From Demequinaceae bacterium (lineage in GTDB: Bacteria > Actinomycetota > Actinomycetes > Actinomycetales > Demequinaceae), in NCBI GenBank assembly GCA_965250005.1, contig OZ252279.1:1920001-1952000 (forward strand): 32,000 nucleotides of DNA, read 5' to 3'. Position numbers and translations under genes: made by a program. The notes under the pieces are model-generated. The model worked only from the letters and a program-made list of their open reading frames with translations, ran no database searches and was not told the DNA's origin. Of this stretch, positions 26,743 to 32,000 are shown one piece after another (the first letter of the stretch is position 1; every line of letters starts with the position of its first letter).

Positions 26743-29025
26743 ATGGCACACAATGCCGTATACACAAGTTCACAGAGCCAAGGAACCACCGAGGGCGCCG
26801 TTCCGGCGTGGCGTGGGTTCACCTCGGGGCCATGGCAGGACGGTATAGACGTCCGGGATTTCATCCAGTGCAACTACACGCCGTACGACGGCGACGCCGG
26901 CTTCCTCACCGGCCCAACCGAGCGGACCACCGCCATCTGGGCGCAGCTTTCCAAGATGTTCCCCGAGGAGCGCGAGAAGGGCGTCTACGACATCGACGCG
27001 ACCACGCCGTCGACCATCACCGCTCACGCGCCCGGCTACATCAACCGCGAGTCCGAAGTCATCGTCGGCCTGCAGACCGACGCCCCGCTCAAGCGCGCCA
27101 TCATGCCGAACGGCGGCTGGCGCATGGTCGCCAACGCCCTTGAGACCTACGGCTTCGACGTGTCCCCCGAGCTCGAGAAGATCTTCACGCAGTACCGCAA
27201 GACGCACAACGACGGCGTGTTCGACGTCTACCCGCCGAACGTTCGCGCCGCGCGCTCGGCGCACCTGGTCACGGGCCTGCCCGACGCCTACGGTCGCGGC
27301 CGCATCATCGGCGACTATCGCCGCGTCGCGCTGTACGGTGTGGACGCACTGATCGCGGGCAAGAAGACAGAGCGCGTCGGCCTCGACATGAACCGCTCGA
27401 CCGAAAACGTCATTCGGGACCGCGAGGAAAACTCGGAGCAGATCCGCGCTCTCGGCGAGCTCAAGCAAATGGCGGCCTCGTATGGCTTCGACATCTCTGG
27501 CCCTGCGGGCACGCTGAAGGATGCCGTTCAGTGGCTGTACTTCGCATACCTTGGCGCCGTCAAGGAGCAGAACGGCGCGGCGATGTCCCTTGGGCGTACG
27601 TCCACGTTCCTCGACGCGTTCGCCGAGCGCGACATGGCCGAGGGCACGCTGACCGAGTCCGAGGCGCAAGAGATCATCGACGACTTCGTGATCAAACTGC
27701 GGCTCGTACGGTTCCTGCGCACCCCGGAGTACGACTCCCTATTCTCCGGCGACCCCACGTGGGTGACCGAGAGCATTGGCGGCATGGGCGAGGACGGGCG
27801 CTCGCTCGTGACCAAGTCTTCCTTCCGCTACCTGCAGACTCTTTACAACTTGGGCCCGGCACCCGAGCCCAACCTCACGGTGCTGTGGAGCGAGCGCATG
27901 CCGAAGGGCTTCAAGGAGTTCTGCGCCAAGATTTCGATTGACACATCCGCGATCCAATACGAATCGGACGAGCTCATTCGGTGCTCGTACGGAGACGACG
28001 CCGCGATCGCGTGCTGCGTTTCCGCGATGCCGGTTGGCAAGCAGATGCAGTTCTTCGGAGCTCGCGTGAACCTCGCCAAGGGCATGCTCTATGCGATCAA
28101 CGGCGGACGCGACGAAGTGACAGGCAAACAGGTCGCGCCAGCGTTCGCGCCTGCCGAAGGCGACGTCCTCGACTACGACGACGTGCGCGCCAAGTTCGAC
28201 CACCTGATGGAATGGCTGGCCGAGACATACGTCGACGCGCTCAACTGCATCCACTTCATGCACGACAAGTACGCGTATGAGCGGCTGGAAATGGCGCTCC
28301 ACGACGGCGACGTCGCCCGGACCCTGGCGTGCGGAATCGCCGGGCTGTCCGTCGCAGCGGACTCCCTTGCTGCGATCAAGTACGCCACCGTCCGCCCCGT
28401 GCGGGACGAGACCGGGCTGATCGTCAGCTACGAAACCGAGGGCGAATCGCCCAGCTTCGGCAACGACGATGACCGCGTGGACATGATCGCCGCCGAGCTC
28501 ATGGGCGAGTTCATGGAGAAGATCCGCAAGCAGCCTTCGTACCGTGACGCCGTCCACACACAGTCAGTGCTGACCATCACGTCCAACGTGGTCTACGGCA
28601 AGGCGACCGGCGACACTCCAGACGGCCGCCTCGCGGGCGAGCCCTTCGCACCAGGGGCAAACCCGATGAACGGGCGCGATATCCACGGCGTACTGGCCTC
28701 GGCGCTGTCGGTGGCCAAGCTTCCGTACGGCGAGGCTCAGGACGGGATCTCGCTCACCGCGACCGTCGTTCCTTCCGGGCTGGGCCGCGACCTCGACGAG
28801 CAGGTAAAGAATCTCTCGGGGATCCTGGACGCGTACAACGCCGAAGGAGGCTTCCACGTCAACGTGAACGTCCTCAACCGGGAGACCCTTGAGGACGCGA
28901 TGGAGCACCCGGAGAACTACCCGCAGCTGACCATCCGTGTGTCGGGATACGCGGTCAACTTTGTGCGGCTCACGCGAGAGCAACAGGAGGACGTCCTTTC
29001 GAGGACCTTTCACGCGGCGCTGTAG
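26743..29025 (+). CDS. pflB: Formate C-acetyltransferase (pyruvate formate-lyase)
   Basis: 760-aa ORF with the glycyl-radical motif RVSGYAVNF near the C-terminus and the active-site Cys pair in [19 protein letters not shown] lies upstream. Confidence 0.97.
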   Translation: MAHNAVYTSSQSQGTTEGAVPAWRGFTSGPWQDGIDVRDFIQCNYTPYDGDAGFLTGPTERTTAIWAQLSKMFPEEREKGVYDIDATTPSTITAHAPGYINRESEVIVGLQTDAPLKRAIMPNGGWRMVANALETYGFDVSPELEKIFTQYRKTHNDGVFDVYPPNVRAARSAHLVTGLPDAYGRGRIIGDYRRVALYGVDALIAGKKTERVGLDMNRSTENVIRDREENSEQIRALGELKQMAASYGFDISGPAGTLKDAVQWLYFAYLGAVKEQNGAAMSLGRTSTFLDAFAERDMAEGTLTESEAQEIIDDFVIKLRLVRFLRTPEYDSLFSGDPTWVTESIGGMGEDGRSLVTKSSFRYLQTLYNLGPAPEPNLTVLWSERMPKGFKEFCAKISIDTSAIQYESDELIRCSYGDDAAIACCVSAMPVGKQMQFFGARVNLAKGMLYAINGGRDEVTGKQVAPAFAPAEGDVLDYDDVRAKFDHLMEWLAETYVDALNCIHFMHDKYAYERLEMALHDGDVARTLACGIAGLSVAADSLAAIKYATVRPVRDETGLIVSYETEGESPSFGNDDDRVDMIAAELMGEFMEKIRKQPSYRDAVHTQSVLTITSNVVYGKATGDTPDGRLAGEPFAPGANPMNGRDIHGVLASALSVAKLPYGEAQDGISLTATVVPSGLGRDLDEQVKNLSGILDAYNAEGGFHVNVNVLNRETLEDAMEHPENYPQLTIRVSGYAVNFVRLTREQQEDVLSRTFHAAL

Positions 29026-29140
29026 AGCCGCCCGCCTGCACCAAACCGCAGGATGCGCCGCTCCCCGTGCCGCCGCGAGGGGTCGATTTGTCCCCGTACG
29101 CTGTAGCTGTTTGCCCCGCACAACCCGGTGAGGAGGTCTG

Positions 29141-29974
29141 GTGAGCGTTTCTGGTCCTCCGTCGGGGCACTTGATCCCGCTGCCGAGTCCACCGATGCGC
29201 GTGGCTGACGCCGAGCTGGCAGCCTCCGAGAACCTGCTCAGTGGCGAGACGGGGTGGGTTCACTCGTGGGACCTGGTGACCGGGGCGGACGGCCCTGGCT
29301 CGCGGATGACTCTCTTCCTCGCGGGTTGCGGCATGCGCTGTCAGTTCTGCCAGAACCCGGACACCTGGAAGATGAAGGACGGGATCCCGCGCAGCGTCGG
29401 TCAGGTCATGGACCGCGTGTCGCGATACGAGCAAGTCATGAAGGTGACGGGCGGCGGGCTCACAATATCGGGAGGCGAGCCGCTGCTCCAGGCGCGCTTC
29501 GTCACCAACATCTTCCGCCACGCGAAGGCCGACCTCAATATCCACACTGCGCTCGATACCGCGGGATTGCTCGGCTCGCGCCTGACCGACACCGAGCTGC
29601 TCGACATCGACCTGTTCCTCCTCGACATCAAGTCCGGCCTCCCTGAGACCTACAAGCGGGTCACCGGACGGCCGATGCAGCCCACGCTAGATTTCGCACG
29701 GCGGCTCTCGGACCTGGGCCGGACCATGTGGATCCGGTTCGTGCTCGTGCCGGGTCTGACGGACGCGGTCGAGAACGTTGACGCCATCGCGGACTTCGTT
29801 GCCACGCTGGATGCGGTGGAGCGCCTTGAGGTGCTGCCATTCCATCAGCTAGGCAAGACCAAGTGGGGGGCGACGGGCGAACCGTACCTGCTGGCGGACG
29901 CGAAGCCTCCCAGCCCAGAACTTCTCGACCGAGTGCGCAGGCAGTTCCGCGCGCGCGGCCTCACGACGTACTAG
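29141..29974 (+). CDS. pflA: Pyruvate formate-lyase activating enzyme (radical SAM)
   Basis: 277-aa ORF with the radical-SAM cluster CGMRCQFCQNPDTW, preceded by GPGSRMTLFLAGC. A GAGGAGG RBS lies before GTG 29141. The N-terminus is ~32 aa longer than in E. coli PflA. Confidence 0.92.
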   Translation: MSVSGPPSGHLIPLPSPPMRVADAELAASENLLSGETGWVHSWDLVTGADGPGSRMTLFLAGCGMRCQFCQNPDTWKMKDGIPRSVGQVMDRVSRYEQVMKVTGGGLTISGGEPLLQARFVTNIFRHAKADLNIHTALDTAGLLGSRLTDTELLDIDLFLLDIKSGLPETYKRVTGRPMQPTLDFARRLSDLGRTMWIRFVLVPGLTDAVENVDAIADFVATLDAVERLEVLPFHQLGKTKWGATGEPYLLADAKPPSPELLDRVRRQFRARGLTTY

Positions 29975-29978
29975 CGGG

Positions 29979-30575
29979 CTACAGGGCGGTCGCGCTCCCG
30001 AGCGCCCGGATGGCGGCGGGGCCATCGACGTCCCGGAAGATCGCGTTCTCGACCACGAGTCCGGGGATGAGCGCGAAGATGGCCTGCGCGAGTCGCGCGG
30101 CGTCAATGTCCGTCGAGACTGCGCCCGTTGACTGGCGGACCCGGATGCTCTCCTCGATCTGCCCCCTGACACTGCCGTAGCCTTCGGAAAGAATTCCGCG
30201 CAGGGACTCGTCGCGAGCAGCTTCCGCCCAGATGGCGATGGCCATCGCGCTGAAATCCATGCCTTCCGCCGTCGTTTTGCGGGCAATCCTGCCGGACAGT
30301 GCCGCGACCGCCTCAAGCAAGTCGTCGCCGACGGGCTCGGTCAGGGCTTCCGTCGCCATCGCGCCGATCATGGCCATCGCGCGTTTCGCGGAGGCGTGGA
30401 TGAGCGCCCGCTTGTTCGGGAAGTAGCGGTAGACCGAGCCGGCCGACATCTTGGATGCCTTGATCACCTGGGCCATGGAGGCGGCGTGGAACCCATCGCG
30501 CGCGAAGCACAGCATCGCGGCGCTGAGAATCTGCTCGCGGCGCATTGTGAGGTGCTCGGGAGAGGTCTTCGGCAT
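29979..30575 (-). CDS. TetR/AcrR family transcriptional regulator
   Basis: 198-aa ORF with the N-terminal HTH REQILSAAMLCFARDGFHAASMAQVIKASKMSAGSVYRYFPNK. Confidence 0.9.
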   Translation of the reverse strand: MPKTSPEHLTMRREQILSAAMLCFARDGFHAASMAQVIKASKMSAGSVYRYFPNKRALIHASAKRAMAMIGAMATEALTEPVGDDLLEAVAALSGRIARKTTAEGMDFSAMAIAIWAEAARDESLRGILSEGYGSVRGQIEESIRVRQSTGAVSTDIDAARLAQAIFALIPGLVVENAIFRDVDGPAAIRALGSATAL

Positions 30576-30607
30576 GGCTCGAGTATAGAGGTGAATCTAA
30601 GAAAAGT

Positions 30608-30649
30608 GAACGTTCGTTCTTGACAGATGCGGGCGCGTATGCTCAAGAT
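30608..30649 (+). promoter_or_regulatory. Candidate operator plus leaderless-type promoter for the 30656 gene
   Basis: The GAACGTTC palindrome (30608-30615) is extended by GTTC, giving GAAC-N4-GTTC, and abuts TTGACA (30620-30625). An 18-nt spacer separates this from CAAGAT (30644-30649). The ATG lies at 30656, 6 nt after the -10, with no RBS. Confidence 0.35.
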
Positions 30650-30655
30650 GTGCGC

Positions 30656-31654
30656 ATGACACAAACAGCATCGAGCAAAAAGGCCGCAGCAGTGCCCGCG
30701 GCGTCCTCCGTCCGCGACGTTGCACGCTTCGTCGCACTCTCGGCCGTCATGGTGACGGTCATTCTCATCGCCTTCGGCTGGCCTTCCACGGCAACCACGC
30801 CGCACGATGTCAAGCTCGCGGTAGCGGGTCCCGATGCAGCGGTCGCGCAGGTTGCTGCTTCCCTCGAGGCGAGCCAGCCCGGCGTCTTCGAGGTTGTGGC
30901 CGCATCCTCGGCAGCAGACGCTCAGGCGCTCGTCGAGGAGCGTGACGCCGCTGGCGCGATCGTCCTCGGAGCCTCCGGCCCGGAGTCCGTCATCGTCGCG
31001 TCATACGCGTCGCCTGCTTTGTCGCAGGTAATCCAAGGGGTCGCGAACGGCATCGCGAGCGTCGGCGCGCCCAGCGCGGCGCTTCCGGTGACGGACGTCG
31101 CACCCCTGCCCGAGTCTGACCCGCGCGGCTTCGGCATCCCGATTTCCGCACTGCCCCTCGCCATTGCCGGAATCGCGATCGGCGCGGCCTTTGCCATGCA
31201 GATCAATGGCACCCGCCAGCGCCTGCTGGGAGCGTCTGCGGCGGCTGCCCTCGCTGGCGTCGGGATCGTCTCGGTGCTGCACGGCTGGTTCGGAACGTTC
31301 TCCGGGAACCTGATGGCCGAATACGGGCTGGTGGTTCTCGGAATCCTTGCGACCGCGTTCGCGATCATCGGCTTCCACAGACTGATCGGCGTCGCTGGCG
31401 TCGGTGTCGTCGCCGCGGCCGTGATGCTGCTTGGCACCCCGATTTCGGGAGCGGGCACGGCGCCGCAAATGGTCCCGGCTGGTTGGGCCGAGCTCGGCCA
31501 GGCGCTTCCCCCCGGCGCGATCACCGCGGGGATTCGTTCTGTGGCAGGGTTCGACGGCGTGGGGGCGACCGGACCGATTCTGGTTCTCAGCGCGTGGGCG
31601 CTGGTCGGCCTCGCGCTCGCGCTGGTCGGCGCGAGGCGGGCGTCCGCCAGGTAG
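30656..31654 (+). CDS. Integral membrane protein (ABC-2/YhgE-like topology: one TM, ~150-aa loop, five C-terminal TMs), function unknown
   Basis: 332 aa counted from ATG 30656; the ORF-track TTG at 30620 coincides with the putative -35. The hydrophobicity pattern and the divergent TetR gene suggest an export or permease role. Confidence 0.75.
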   Translation: MTQTASSKKAAAVPAASSVRDVARFVALSAVMVTVILIAFGWPSTATTPHDVKLAVAGPDAAVAQVAASLEASQPGVFEVVAASSAADAQALVEERDAAGAIVLGASGPESVIVASYASPALSQVIQGVANGIASVGAPSAALPVTDVAPLPESDPRGFGIPISALPLAIAGIAIGAAFAMQINGTRQRLLGASAAAALAGVGIVSVLHGWFGTFSGNLMAEYGLVVLGILATAFAIIGFHRLIGVAGVGVVAAAVMLLGTPISGAGTAPQMVPAGWAELGQALPPGAITAGIRSVAGFDGVGATGPILVLSAWALVGLALALVGARRASAR

Positions 31655-31665
31655 CTACGTTGAGG

Positions 31666-31702
31666 TTCCGCGAGGGAGCGGGAAGCCGTCTTCCTCGCGG
31701 AA
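31666..31702 (+). terminator. Candidate stem-loop after the membrane protein gene
   Basis: 10-bp perfect stem TTCCGCGAGG / CCTCGCGGAA with a 17-nt loop, starting 12 nt after the stop. No U-tract follows. Confidence 0.45.
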
Positions 31703-31778
31703 GCCCGCGTTAGCGGTAGGTCTTCATCGAATAGTCTGGCGGGAATCAATTGACTCCCGTCCAGAACCGGAGATGAAC

Positions 31779-32000
31779 ATGAATTCAGTCGCACCCACAT
31801 CCGCTAGGGCACTGCTGGTCGCCGCGCTAGCGCTCGCACTCGCTGGCTGCGCGCCCGCTGAGTCCGAGCCACCCGCAGCCTTCGACGGATCTCACGTCGG
31901 TGTCGAGGCGTGGGCGGCTGCGGCAGAACAGCCAGGAGTCGTCGTTCTCGATGTGCGCACCCCGGAGGAATTCGCCGAAGGTCACATCGACGGCGCTGTG
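31779..32000 (+). CDS. Rhodanese-domain lipoprotein; 3' end cut by window edge
   Basis: The frame is open to the window end and is not in the ORF track because no stop is reached. The translation is MNSVAPTSARALLVAALALALAGCAP... with a lipobox, then VVVLDVRTPEEFAEGHIDGAV, the rhodanese N-terminal motif. GGAG lies 6 nt before ATG 31779, and ATG 31773 is in frame as an alternative. Confidence 0.75.
   Translation, partial: MNSVAPTSARALLVAALALALAGCAPAESEPPAAFDGSHVGVEAWAAAAEQPGVVVLDVRTPEEFAEGHIDGAV

Noticed and set aside
26770-28557. Long antisense ORFs (299 aa and 272 aa) opposite pflB. Similar cases are 1694-2719 (-), 3244-4203 (+), 14805-15572 (-), 19084-19884 (-) and 30922-31800 (-).
   Set aside because: These are typical high-GC shadow ORFs. 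They are Arg/Pro/Ala/Gly-rich, low-complexity translations with no motifs, and they fully overlap genes with strong family signatures.
29026-29140. A possible attenuator or terminator hairpin (CTCCCCG...CGAGGGG followed by TCGATTTGT) between pflB and pflA.
   Set aside because: Only about 4 contiguous G-C pairs can form, which is not convincing as a terminator. pflA is probably co-transcribed with pflB.

Overview
High-GC (roughly 65% by eye) chromosomal window, most consistent with a facultatively anaerobic member of the Actinomycetota. The evidence is GTG/TTG starts, many 4-nt start/stop overlaps, actinobacterial acyl-CoA carboxylase gene order, an AccE epsilon subunit and a Gram-positive Tad locus. 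I call 32 protein-coding genes and one pseudogene.

Left to right:
- A 5'-truncated LpdA-like flavoprotein oxidoreductase.
- A polytopic membrane protein fused to an EEP (endonuclease/exonuclease/phosphatase) domain.
- The acyl-CoA carboxylase block: accA (BC+BCCP), maf, then accE-accD, divergent from birA.
- About 4.6 kb inserted into that block, carrying a proteobacterial-type ubiE, feoA-feoB-feoC, a Cup-only EfeO-like lipoprotein and efeU.
- Two coupled membrane proteins of unknown function.
- An SRAP/YedK-type gene inactivated by a single in-frame TGA at a conserved Trp position.
- A translationally coupled pair of large extracytoplasmic proteins (913 aa and 254 aa) with no family I can recognise.
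- A seven-gene Tad/Flp-type pilus operon (tadA-tadB-tadC, small pilin-like ORF, three TadE/TadG-like pseudopilins) without a CpaE/TadZ gene.
- An orphan sugar-type ABC substrate-binding lipoprotein preceded by a ~300-nt structured leader.
- prfB (uninterrupted, no frameshift), pflB-pflA, a TetR regulator divergent from a membrane protein, and a 3'-truncated rhodanese lipoprotein.

No rRNA, convincing tRNA, CRISPR array, transposase or integrase was seen. The most promising candidate for something undescribed is the 913-aa + 254-aa module immediately upstream of the Tad operon. All functional calls come from motif and family recognition by eye; no database search was run.
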